A stretch of DNA of 64,000 nucleotides. Origin: Octopus sinensis (lineage: Eukaryota). Below the pieces are notes generated by a model that was not told where the DNA came from, searched no databases, and saw only the letters and a program-made list of their open reading frames with translations. The first letter of the stretch is position 1; every line of letters begins with the position of its first letter. This document shows, in pieces, positions 11,757 through 23,896 of the stretch. The stretch covers positions 62,062,001 to 62,126,000 of the forward strand of contig NC_043008.1 in NCBI RefSeq assembly GCF_006345805.1. Direction: 5' to 3'. Made by a program: the position numbers and the translations under genes.

Positions 11757-11965
11757 AGTCAATCCAAATATGAAAACACAAAGAGAAAACACAACAACGC
11801 GAGGACGTGGAACACGTAGAGTATTATTGGACGCCCAGGAAAGAAGGAAAGAAGGAGGGTTCAACGTTTCGAGCGGAGTTCTTCGTCAGAAACATAGGAA
11901 TAGGAAAGAACCAAAGAAGGAAAGACGGAGGACAAAAATCACCAACGGTACACACGCGGTCACAT
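11757..11965 (-). mobile_element. Microsatellite-adjacent short element carrying a minimal hammerhead motif (11859-11893), copy 1
   Basis: Minus strand reads GTTT CTGACGA A GAAC TCC GCTC GAAAC GTT GAAC. It is homologous over ~200 bp to 44195-44402 and partly to 32310-32520. Confidence 0.7.
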
Positions 11966-12233
11966 TATACATATTCCTTGGTTGAAGTGAAATATAGGTA
12001 TTGGTATGAGTAGACTTGCCTGAAGAGATCAAGTGCTTTTGGTGCTAAATTCGAAATCAGGATACCAGGTATTCATTCCTGCAATTTTGCAGAGATAAGC
12101 CGCAATCCTTATTCACTTAGTTTTTTTGGGGGGTTTTTGCCAATCCTACTTGTAAAAATTTTGTGTGAATTCTTGTGGCTTTCGAGTATTTTTTGACTCC
12201 TAACGTGCAATTGTTTTTTGGTTTTTTTGTTAG

Positions 12234-12272
12234 GAACCGTGGATCTCGAACTATATAAAGCTACAGATAATG
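12234..12272 (+). CDS. Candidate 39-nt internal exon (GTVDLELYKATDN in phase 1-1, or EPWISNYIKLQIM in phase 0-0)
   Basis: Strong acceptor TTGTTTTTTGGTTTTTTTGTTAG and donor GTATGT; frame-preserving length; product not recognised. Confidence 0.35.
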
Positions 12273-12518
12273 GTATGTAATGTCCCAAAACGGGTTTTCA
12301 ACCGAATATTTAAATGCTATTATTTATAGTTTTATATGCTTCGAAGTAGACTATACCAAAAAAGAATTATATATATGTACATATATACGTGTGTATATAC
12401 ATACACGCATACAAGTAGTGCACATATACATATGTTCAGACAGACAGACAGACAGCTAAAACGAGACAGTGGATAATAAAGAGACTGTTTGTTTGTCACA
12501 GAGATGTTACTGAATCAT

Positions 12519-12689
12519 GGTACTACTTAAGAAGAGTGGTCCCGGTGCGCGCACTTGCGTACTCACGTATCCGCGCTAGCTAGTCGTGACTAGTCGATCC
12601 TACAACGGCTACCTAGCAAAGTAAATAAAACACAAAAACACAAAGTAAGGTTCGACTAGTCACGACTAGCTAGCGTCTTAAGTAGTACC
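12519..12689. mobile_element. 171-bp Mutator-like MITE with 9-bp target duplication and a 38-bp TIR interrupted on the left
   Basis: TSD CTGAATCAT (12510-12518) / CTGAATCAC (12690-12698). The right TIR at 12652-12689 is the reverse complement of 12519-12532 joined to 12574-12597, with a 41-bp insert between the left parts. Confidence 0.75.
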
Positions 12690-13312
12690 CTGAATCACAT
12701 TTCCATAGGATACATACTATGTTTAATCAATCGTCTACTAAATGGTTAGTTGGTAAGTATACCTTCTATATTTGCTAAATGGTAACATGCTATTAAAGAC
12801 AACATACGTCTACATGTAAAGGCTAAAATCTGCACACTATACACTCAATTATTATTATAAAAATGTTAAGCTGTCTGTTCGTATACTGTTGAGACCAAGT
12901 AATGGAAACGCAAGTTATCCTATCAAAATGGAGAGAGCCGATAGTCAAAAAACTTCAGCCAAATTGCATGCCGTCTGAACGTCAATATGACCCTCATATC
13001 TACTCTAAATAAGTTATTTCAATGAACCTACATTGGCACGTTATTGAAAAGTTAATTTGACTCTCTTCCAAGTAGTCGGGATTAATTTTTGCTGACACAA
13101 GACATCATGACTCTCTTTTAATTTTGGATTCTGCCATGAATATTAAATGGAAAAATTCTAATTCGGTGAAATGCTATGTACAGAAAGACGCAACATGTAT
13201 ATACAGTAAGTTGTGTGTACTGTTAGGACGAAGAGTTACATTAAATATTTAAAAAAAAAACCGATTCATTCAATCTGATACGATTTCTGCTTTAACTCAT
13301 AAACTCTGTACA

Positions 13313-13730
13313 TACTCTTTTACTCTTTTACTTGTTTCAGTCATTTGACTGCGGCCATGCTGGAGCACCTCCTTTAGTCGAGCAAATCGACCCCGGGACT
13401 TATTCTTTGTAAGCCCAGTACTTATTCTATCGGTCTCTTTTTGCCGAACCGCTAAGTGACTGGGACATAAACACACTAGCATCGGTTGTCAAGCGATGGT
13501 GGAGGGGGACAAACACAGACACACAAACATATACACACACATATATATATATATATACACACATACACGACAGGCTTCTTTCAGTTTCCGTCTACCAAAT
13601 CCACTGACAAGGCTTTGGTCGGATCGAGGCTATAGCAGAAGACACTTGCCCGAGGTGCCACACAGTGGGACTGAACCCGGAACCATGTGGTTGATAAGCA
13701 AGCTACTTACCACACAGCCACTCCTGCGCC
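13313..13730 (-). mobile_element. SINE family B, full length
   Basis: Colinear with 9905-10313; the head is GGCGCAGGAGTGGCTGTGTGGTAAG. Confidence 0.9.
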
Positions 13731-15250
13731 TGGTGAAGTTTGTGATTTTTTAATCTTTAAATAATGAAAATATGCTTTGTAAATTTAATTAACACACTGG
13801 TTCATTAAATGAAACGAATTCTAGGTAATTTAATTAAATTGATCATTTTTATGTCTGAAAACGATAAACCTGAAAAATCATCTCGAAATATTTCTTTACA
13901 ATTTTATTCTCTGATTGTTATAAAGTTAATTTCACCACGGAAAATTGTTCATGCTATTTTACATTTATTTTCTTGAGCTAGCATGCGTGAAATGATGTTT
14001 GCTGGTGGGGGTGTTTTATATATTACTGGGTAGTTTATATAACTTCGTGTTTCATACAGCTGAATGTTGTATATAGTTGGGTGCATTATATAGCTGGATG
14101 ATTTATAATAGTTGGATATTTCATACAGTTCAATGTTTTACCCCACTCAGCCATGAAATAAGATTCGGTCCTTTTTTTTTTTTAATCAGTGAAATAAATT
14201 GAGGCATGTATCGTCGTGATTCTTTACTAAGAAGCACTTCAATAACTAAAATAAGATTGAACAGAAAATCACGCTGGTGAGAGTATAGTGAAACTCTGTA
14301 ACTTCGTCCAAGCTTCATTTAAAACAAGTATGTTAGCCAATAAAGCTTTACTTCGGTGTCTTTATTTCCTGTTTTGTTTAGGTTTTTGTTTTTGTTGTTT
14401 CTTTCATCCCTTAATTAAATGTAAGTTTTACTAAATAATTTCTAACTATTTTCTCAGTATCCCTCTAACGAAAAGAATTACAAGTAATAAAACTAATTTA
14501 AAGGTATTTTCATTTGGTTGTAACTCTCGTCTATATGACGCATATACCGATATTCGTTTTTTGAAGTCACATTATCACTTTTACCATACGTGATCGGTTT
14601 ATAAAGGACTGAGCTTGTGCCAATCAAGAATATCTTACGGTTGTAATTTCATTCTACTATAAACTATGAAGACATATTAAATTTATATTTGCCTTGTTAT
14701 GGCTAACTCTGATCTGTAAGCGACCAGACTAACATTAAATCAAATCAGGAGTATATTCATAATTATGTTAGTCCATTGAAATATACCGGTGAACACAGTA
14801 GCAGTGATTAGCTCATTAATACAAACTATGTTTTTGATATTGAAAAATATGTGCTAAAAATGATAATAAAACTGAATAGAAATGCATTTACTTGTTTATG
14901 GCTCATATCACATTCATATAAGTTCGTATCTGTTTCTACACAATTCTCAAATTGTATTTCTCGTCTAGCAACTACAATAAACTCATAGTCGACTGTCTAT
15001 CCAGTTTAACGTTGGACCACTGTTTGGTATTATCAAACATCTAAATGCCGTCGATGAAATTAAGATCTGGCTAATGATGACGACGAGGATGTGGAAGAGA
15101 CCGGCTACGAACAGAATGACTTATTTTACATCATTTCGACTATCAGTGAACTGACATAAGACTAATCTTTCCAAATACTGACCTCCTATTGCTTTTATTC
15201 GAACTGTATAAAGAGTTATTACATTCACTAATTCGTCTTTTTTATTTTAG

Positions 15251-15400
15251 ATGTAAGGTTAAAATTTGTGGACGGCTTCTCTTTCTGGTATGGTAGGACG
15301 GCCATATACACGTTGTCTAGTTCAATAGGAAGTTTCTGCAGTATCCCATTACAAACCGATTTATTATGATCCAAGAGTGTTTGCAAGTGTTAGTAATTTC
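15251..15400 (+). pseudogene. Possible degenerate SRCR-like exon (DVRLKFVDGFSFWYGRTAIYTLSSSIGSFC...*SKSVCK)
   Basis: Good acceptor TTTTTATTTTAG, phase 1. The motif pattern RL..G...GR..IY...G..C...VC resembles the SRCR N-terminus, but there is an in-frame TGA and further stops. Confidence 0.3.
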
Positions 15401-16640
15401 AGCTGCAATGAAGAATGAAAATAATGTTTAGGCCATAAGTCCTCGATTTTACTACTAGTGTTGTAGATATAGGCCACCACCAACTCACACGGATTCTAGA
15501 TTATATTATCAACACACTTAAACGAAATAAGTGATAAAATTCTGAAGCCTAACAAATTGGTGATAGACTATGTCAGCAAAATTTACTCCATCAGAGTGCT
15601 GGTAGGAGATGTTAGTGATTTATTTAACCATGAGGTGTTAAAGAGATATAACATTTCGATGAGTGAGAGAGCGTGAATATAGAGGTTATATTGCTTAAGC
15701 TAGTAGTATTACTGATACGTGGACAGTCTCAGGTGGCGGGGCGATGTGAGCATTCAGAGGGTAACGAACAACTTGAACTGTTAAATGAAATTAAGATGGC
15801 GTTACACATTTTAAACTTGCCGAACAACATGGCGACGAAAGAAGAATTATCGGGAGGTAAATTCTATTTTATCGCCTCGTTGATAAAGAAGTGGAAAGGC
15901 AGAACTTGTACTAATTTTTATTTGTATGGGTGCAGGTATCGGTCAGCTTGACGAACGCTGACATAGGTCACAAAATTGCAAATCAATTAAGAGATACAAA
16001 TTCAATTTGATTAATTGTAATGTTAATTCACTGTTCGCTTAATCACGTTATGCCTAACGTCAGTTTGTGAGCCTTTGATTGCTCACAAGAATTTTATAAA
16101 GAATGTATCATAGCATAAATGTCTGGAGACAGCTGGAAAATACACTGGGAATTACCAACAAGTTTGTCTAAATATCTAAGGAATAATAAGATTCAGATCA
16201 GTTATAAACAACTATTAATAAGAAAATCAATTCCGTTGTAGACTGTGTACTACTACGAATTCTCTATAAAAGTTTCCCGAAACTAAATTGAATATCAAAT
16301 AGAATACTGTAAAAGTAAAACAAAAAGACAGAAAACTTCTACTCTGTTTCAGACTCAATGAATAAATTTTCCATTGCATGAGTTGGAAGATTTAAATGAA
16401 AAGAGGTATTGAGTGTAAATGCATATATTTCTATACTATGAGTACGCGTGTGAGTGTATCCATATATGTATCAGTATTTGTGTGTGCGTATGCACATATA
16501 TATAATTATATATATATATATATTTATATATATGACTATATGTATATTATATATATGCGTGTGTGTGAATATATATATGTAAATTATATATATACATATA
16601 AATTATATATAATATATACATATAAATTATATATATATAT

Positions 16641-17144
<504 letters not shown>

Positions 17145-17155
17145 ATGTACATATG

Positions 17156-17204
<49 letters not shown>

Positions 17205-17887
17205 ATAATATATATATATATACATATACTTATATACATACATATATATATATTATATATATATATATTATATATATGTATATATATATGTATGTAATAT
17301 ATATATATATATATTATATATATATATATATATATGTATGTATATATATAGATATATATATATATATTATATATATATATGTATATATATGTATATATGT
17401 ATATGTATTTTGTCTTTCATTTGTGTCAGTTATGCTCTGGGCTTCGTCTTGAATAATTTGTAGCGAAAGACAACGAACTCTGTAGTAATATTTAAGCCCG
17501 GTCCTTATTCAACCAGTTTTTTTTTTTTTGCCTAACCGCTAATTTACAGGGATGTAAACAGACCGACACTGGCTGTGAAACGGTTGTGAAGGACAGAATA
17601 AGAAGACAAAGACACCTTACAGTGTGGCTGAATATTTCCAGGACTACTTTCTTTTGAAGATGGGTCTTCGCGCTTGAAATAGAAACGTTTTTTTGGAAAA
17701 CTTTCTGCATTGTTAGAAAGTTTCTTATTTTTCCATCTCTTTTTTTCTTTCTTCGATACTACAATGCTTTTCTAGTGAACTACGCTCTTATGTGTGTGTG
17801 TGTGTGTGTGTATACTTAATAAAGCTGATTCTAACCCAAAACTGTCCGACAAACGGACAGTATATATATATATATATATATATATAT

Positions 17888-18852
17888 TTAACGTTTTTTT
17901 ATGTCCTGTACACATATATGCATGTATATATACATATAGATGTAGGTATGTACATATATGTATGTATATATGCATATATTTATATATTATTCATATTAGT
18001 ATATGAACTAACACCACGCATCCTTTTCGAAGTAAGTTTTATCTTAATAATTATGATGCGCACTCTTCTGTCTCTTTCTCTCCCTCTCTTGTTCTTCGTG
18101 CTTTCTGTTTTTCTCTCCAACCCTTCCCTATTCTTCACTCCCCTTCACTGTTTCCTGCCTCTTGCTCCTCCTCCTCGACTCTCTCGTCACTGACTCGTGA
18201 TCAAAGGGAAGCCATCTTTCCAACTGCTATCTTCACCAAGACAAGACCGCTTATCATATCTCTCTCATAAGCTGTCTCCTCAAGCGTTCAAAATAATTTT
18301 CCATCGTCTTGACTTAACAGCCCTCATCGTTTGTTTTTACTGTGTTATTCTCTTTATTCTGTCTTTTACTATTTTTACTTTTATTGTTTTTATTTTCTTG
18401 TTTTCTTCTTACTGTCCTGTTCTTTTTACCACTTTTACTCCTCTGCAAAAAATCCCAAATGATATTCAATTTGCTTTGCGGGAAGGACTGTTTCAAAGAG
18501 GTCGTGTCTTGTCCTTACCTTCGAAATTCGGAGTAGACGAAGCAGGGACAACTGAAGAAGGGAAATATTCCTTGTGTTATATATTTTGTTCTCTGTTTTT
18601 TTCAGTGTTTGAAAATAGTTCGTTTCCATATTTTTGTTTTTATGTTTTCGTTTCTCATTGTGTTCAACGTTTTTTTGATGTCCTGTACCCATATATGCAT
18701 GTATATATATATATATATAATATATATATATAATATATATATATATAGATGTAGTGTGTACATATATGTATGTATATATGCATATATTTATATATTATTT
18801 ATATTATTATATGAACGAACGCCACGCATCCTATTCCAAGTAAGTTTTATCT
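17888..18852 (+). mobile_element. Penelope-like remnant: ~160-190-bp direct repeats (17888-18045, 18664-18852) around ~620 bp
   Basis: Both repeats run from AACGTTTTTT.ATGTCCTGTAC to C.AAGTAAGTTTTATCT. The interior has a QREA..QLLSS stretch (~18200-18250) resembling a GIY-YIG C-terminal end and a truncated CTGAAGAA-GGGA-AATAT-TCCT hammerhead start (~18551). The Penelope assignment is inference. Confidence 0.45.
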
Positions 18853-18939
18853 ATATATATATGCATATATACCGATAAATAATTCGGTAGATACATGCAT
18901 ATATTCTTATAGAATTGTAAATACATACATACATATAAG

Positions 18940-19004
<65 letters not shown>

Positions 19005-20289
19005 CTGGGGAGATCTTCGCTCTTTTCATCGGCAAGTCAATCTTTGTTGGAAAAATAAAAACAGGGATTGATGTGAATATGATAGTGCAGTGTGAATACG
19101 AAAGGATTGGATAATATTTTAATGCAAGAGATGTGTGTGATACACAGGAAGGACGGTGACTGAAAATTTGTCTTTGTTTAGCCCCAGGTCAGCTTTCACT
19201 GAGCAATCATATTATCTAAGGTATTCTAGTTTAAACTATCTCGTCTTCTCATGTATAGGGATCCTAGGAGTATAAGACCCACTATATTCGTCTACAATTT
19301 TTATCTAGACACAACCTACACACTCCAGGAAGCCAGTTTTTATACCAGAAAGGATTCGTTGATTGCTTTTAAAATAGACTTGAGTGTATTTGTTAGGAGA
19401 GTTAATCAAATCTTTAACAATTGATATATAAAGAGCCAAGAAGGGAATGCTATACTGTTGTTTCATTGAAAACATCTTATTCAAATCATATGATAGTGTC
19501 TCAAAAGGAAGGTCACATTGGATAATATATTGCGTATAAATAAAGTAACGGCAAAATCTGACCTGTAATGATTCGATTCTCACTACGCTTTCATTGTAAT
19601 ATTGCAAAAACATGCAAATAAAACACAATATGAAATCCACTTGTATATCATCGTCTGATAACTACCTGTACTGTAAAGAACGTAGTCAAATATAATTTCC
19701 TGATTTATATGGAAATGTAGTAAACAAAGGAAAATTTTTTCAGCTATTTACAAGAAGAGCCAATGTTTCGTTTTATAATGTAATTCACAAGACGTTATTT
19801 TACGTAACCAATCTGCGTTTGGATATTTCATAACGAAAACGGGGAAAAAATTGTTAGATCATTAGTTGATAAGAGCTAGTTCACCGGGCAAATATTGTTA
19901 ATTTCATAACAAGAACTGCATTCTAATAAAGGAAAATAGTTAGGTTCGCTACTTTTCACACCAGCTCTGTCTTTGAAAGTTCGTGGAAATGTTCATACAC
20001 AATGAATATCGAACAATATGCAATCATCGGGAGATTTAGCAGGCTTGAAGCAATGATAATCGTGTACCAGCAGGAGATACTATCTGACGATTGGATTATT
20101 AGAAGAGAAAATAAAGAGGCCTAATATGTATTCATTTAGCTTGCAGGAAAAAGGCATATAATTATATAAAACCTCTTCCAAATACTACACAGTTCAACTA
20201 ATTTTCTAAACTGTTATGTTGACTTGTGGTCCAAAGTCATTTTCAAAATAAATATTAACATATCTAAGACCGTTCTGACATTCCAGAGT

Positions 20290-20357
20290 AGCAGTGGTAG
20301 TAGTAGTAGTAGTAGTAGTAGTAGCAGCAGCATGTAGGAGTAGCAGCAGCAGCAGCC

Positions 20358-20403
<46 letters not shown>

Positions 20404-20420
20404 TAGTAGTAGTAGCTATA
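20290..20420. repeat. Compound (GTA)n/(GCA)n trinucleotide repeat
   Basis: Directly visible. Confidence 0.9.
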
Positions 20421-20715
20421 CTAGTACTGCTACAAATGTTACTGGCCGTCTCTTTGCAGTACTCTAAACAGTGAACATTATTATTTGCCTTTCATATTTT
20501 CGGAGTCGATAAAATAGGTTCCAATCAAGTACTGATTCGCTGTAATCAACTAACCCCTTTCCCCTGATGTCTGAGACCTTGTGCCTAAAGTTTTATTATT
20601 GTTGCTATTATTATTGTTATTATTAATATTATTATTATTATTATTATTATATTATTATTATTATTATTATTATTATTATCATCATCATCATTATCATCAT
20701 CATTATTATTACTAG

Positions 20716-20922
20716 GGTAGCGAGCTGGCAGAATCATTAACACGCCGGGAAAAATGCTTTTCGTTATCTTGTCCGTCTTCATGTTCTGAGTTCAAATGTT
20801 GCCGGGTTCGAGTTTGCCATTCATCCTTTCGGGGTTGATAAATTAAGTACCAGTTACGCACTGTGGTCGATGTAATCGACTTGATTCCTTCCTCCAAATC
20901 CGAGGCCTTGTGCTTCCAATAG
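20716..20922 (+). mobile_element. SINE family A between ATT/ATC and AAT tracts
   Basis: GCGAGCTGGCAGAATC head and CCTTTCATCCTTTCGGGGTTGATAAATTAAGTACC core. Confidence 0.8.
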
Positions 20923-20948
20923 AAATAATAATAATAATAATAATAATA

Positions 20949-21005
<57 letters not shown>

Positions 21006-21074
21006 TATTATCATCATTGTGGCGGTGACGATGGCGGTGATGGCGTTGGCAGCAGTGTTGGTTTCCTTTGCTAT

Positions 21075-21790
21075 ATCCAAGAAGTTTCGAAGTGATTGTG
21101 TCTCCACCCAGCGGACACATCTGTTTTCTACCCTCAGCCGTCATGTGAAACGTTGTGCCATCTTGTAGGGTTATGAAGTCCGAGATGGCCTCGACACTTG
21201 GCTTATCTGCCTGTATTAAAAGCTGTACACCCTGTCTCTACCAATTCTGCTGCTGTATCCTCTGCAGCTGCAGAATACTGTTTTTCTCTTCAATGTCGAA
21301 GAGAACCGCTGCCACAAACCAAGAGTTGTTAATTTTGGGTAGTATATTTACAGAGATGTACTTTCATAGCAAGTGATTTGATATGAGATCGTGTGCTGGA
21401 ACAAAAACAATTGCAGCGTGGAAGGTGTTTGTAAGCCATTTAAGAAACACACAAAAGCCGTTCGATTCACTTCAACATTTAATTTTAATTTGTCAAAATA
21501 TTTTCGTCGCTTTAAGACCGCGACCTGTTCACTGACAAAAATCCGTGCTGCATCTCTATCAGCACGGATTTTTGGTGGTATATTTAATATCCTTATTCTA
21601 AAAAGTCATTCGGCTAAATTAAATGGAAATGAGGATGAGTTTGTCGCTTGTTAGGTTGATTATTGAGTGTTTTTTGGCTTCTTCCTCCGAGACGAACCTC
21701 ATTTCGACAGTTCCATATATTCCCCCTGTATCTATAAATTGGTAGCCGACCTTTGGCGATTTGCTGGTGTGTTACCTGTTCTGTTCTACT
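21075..21790 (-). pseudogene. Degenerate ORF1 (gag-like, RRM plus CCHC knuckle) of an L1/Tx1-type LINE
   Basis: Frame-shifted translation gives GTVEMRFVSEEEAKKH..RIRILNIPPKI and NILPKINNSWFVAAVLFDIEEK..QNW*RQGVQLLIQAD..FHMTAEGRKQMC-PL-G-GDTN-H-FETS-W, a decayed C-x2-C-x4-H-x4-C. Multiple stops. Confidence 0.55.
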
Positions 21791-21796
21791 TCTTGT

Positions 21797-22184
21797 GTGG
21801 AGGCGCAATAGCCCAGTGGTTAGGGCAGCGGACTCGCGGTCATAGGATCGCGGTTTCGATTCCCAGACCGGGCGTTGTGAGTCTTTATTGAGCGAAAACA
21901 CCTAGAGCTCCACGAGGCTCCGGCAGGGGATGGTGGTGATCCCTGCTGGTGGTGATCTCTTTCACCACAACTTTCTCTCACTCTTACTTCCTGTTTCTGT
22001 TGTACCTGTATTTCAAAGGACCGGCCTTGTCACTCTCTGTGTCACGCTGAATATCCCCGAGAACTACGTTAAGGGTACACGTGTCTGTGGAGTGCTCAGC
22101 CACTTACACGTTAATTTCACGAGCAGGCTGTTCCGTTGATCGGATCAACAGGAACCCTCGTCGTCGTAACCGACGGAGTGCTTC
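21797..22184 (+). mobile_element. SINE family C, full length
   Basis: A-box TAGCCCAGTGG and B-box GGTTTCGATTCC; colinear with 36747-37131. Confidence 0.9.
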
Positions 22185-22627
22185 TATTCTACTATTCTAC
22201 TTCTTGTCCCAACAGAATTGTATTCAAATTTGCTTGTTGCTAGACAGATCTGGGGACATTCAGTGCCACATTTAGACCTCATTTCTCTAACATACATTTT
22301 TCACTTGAAACTTAATTTTCTTTATGAAAATTTCTTCATTCATTTGCTGCGTCTAGTCGTCGAAATCGCTAACAGCAGATTTGCTTTGTTCATTTTCTAT
22401 TTTTCTGGTTTTCCTCATTAATGATATTGTTAGCAGTGTTGGTGGTGGTAGGTTTGCTGTTGCTACTGTTGCTGTTGAGCGAACGGTCTTCGTCTCTGAG
22501 CTCGCAAGATGGGAGAAGTCCGAAACGTGGTCCTTTGCTATTCGTAAGACCCACAGAAGAGAAAGCAGGTCAACCCCCGACACCGAGAGCATCGACGGAT
22601 GGATGAATGCGCATCCAGGCTCAGCCG

Positions 22628-22846
22628 TTGCGTAGGAAGTCGGGGACAAGAAACAGGAAGAAAGAGTGAGAGAAAATTGGGGCGAAATAGTACAACAGGT
22701 GTCGCCACCACCCCCTCCCAGAGCCTCGTGGAGCTTTAGGTGTTTTCGCTTTCAATAAACACACACAACGCCCGGTCTGGGAATCGAAACCGAGATCCTC
22801 CGACCGCGAGTCCGCTGCCCAAACCACTGGGCCATTGCGCCTTCAC
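22628..22846 (-). mobile_element. SINE family C head with an alternative short tail
   Basis: Minus strand GGCGCAATGGCCCAGTGG head; after CTTCCTGTTTCT it diverges into TGTCCCCGACTTCCTACGC. Confidence 0.75.
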
Positions 22847-22939
22847 TTGCTTTTGCTACTGGTGGTTGTCGTGATGGTGGTTGTGAAGTTGGTACTGTTC
22901 TCGCCAGTGTTGTTGATACTTTTTGTTGTCCTACTTCTC

Positions 22940-23470
22940 GTTGTTGTTGTTGTTGTTAAGCAAGAAGACGGGTAAAGGTGATTAGGTGATGGTCTAGGGC
23001 TTAGGGGCGGGATAGCCCAGACCTTGGAAAAAAAAAACTTTGGTCATCTTGTTGTAGTCGAGGGCTCTTCATTGACGCCCGACACCACTGGGAGGTGGCC
23101 CTCGAAGTCGCTGAAAATGGAGATCTCCAGGTCCAAATTCTTGAACAGCAACTTCTCGTTAGTTCTTCCTATGATAGTGGTGCTCAAATTTTGGGGAGCA
23201 GAAAGTTACTTTCATAAATTTCCTGTGCTTGAGTTGTTGTTGTTGCTGTTTTTATTGTTGTTGTCACTGTCACTGCTGCTGCTGCTGACTTTTGAAAACG
23301 GGCTGTTCTGTTCTGCGGATAAAAGTCTGTTCTTTTCAGCAGACGAGCAACCCTCGTCCGCCATATTTCTTTATAAAAAAAAAATTGAAGGGCGTGTTTC
23401 CTAAGCAAACACCGATTCATCCACTACGGGCTACGGATTGAGATCACCTAACCTGCTCCTTAAGGCCCTG
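22940..23470 (-). mobile_element. Short retroposon with a ~120-codon frame-shifted ORF (MADEGCSSAEKNRLL...LLFKNLDLEISIFSDFEGHLPVVSGVN..ALDY...) and (CAA)n tail
   Basis: ATG at 23364 and stop at 22994-22996 on minus; CAA tail at 22940-22957. A second, 5'-truncated copy sits at 61118-61310 with a TSD. Confidence 0.6.
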
Positions 23471-23595
23471 GTTAGTTTATCTATATAAAGATAACAAATA
23501 TACAATATATAACTTTGTGTAACAACGTAAATATCTACAAAATTACGGGAACGATGTGCAGTATGTGTCGATAGACCAACAACAACAACAACAAC

Positions 23596-23645
<50 letters not shown>

Positions 23646-23659
23646 TAATAATCCTTCCT

Positions 23660-23830
23660 ATTGGAAGCACAAGGCTTCAAATTTGGTGAAAGTGATTTAG
23701 TCGATTACATTGACCCCAGTACCTAACTAGTACTTAATTTATCAACCCCGAAAGGACGACAAGTAATATCGACTTCGGCGGAATTTGAACTCAGAACGTA
23801 AAGACTGACAAAGTGTCGTTAAACAATTTG
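23660..23830 (-). mobile_element. SINE family A, diverged
   Basis: GTCGATTACATTGACCCCAGT...TCAACCCCGAAAGG...GGAATTTGAACTCAGAACG. Confidence 0.7.
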
Positions 23831-23844
23831 CAATAGTAGTAGTA

Positions 23845-23896
<52 letters not shown>

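Noticed and set aside
12598-12620. CTACAACG/GCTACCTAGC resembling the 10-23 DNAzyme core
   Set aside because: Order and sequence do not match GGCTAGCTACAACGA; better explained as MITE interior.
19305-19640. 111-aa minus-strand ORF in unique sequence
   Set aside because: Non-ATG start, AT-rich codons, no recognisable motif or clean splice sites; compatible with chance.
21797-21870. tRNA gene
   Set aside because: A and B boxes are present but there is no acceptor stem or cloverleaf, and it continues into a SINE body; the same holds for all SINE heads.
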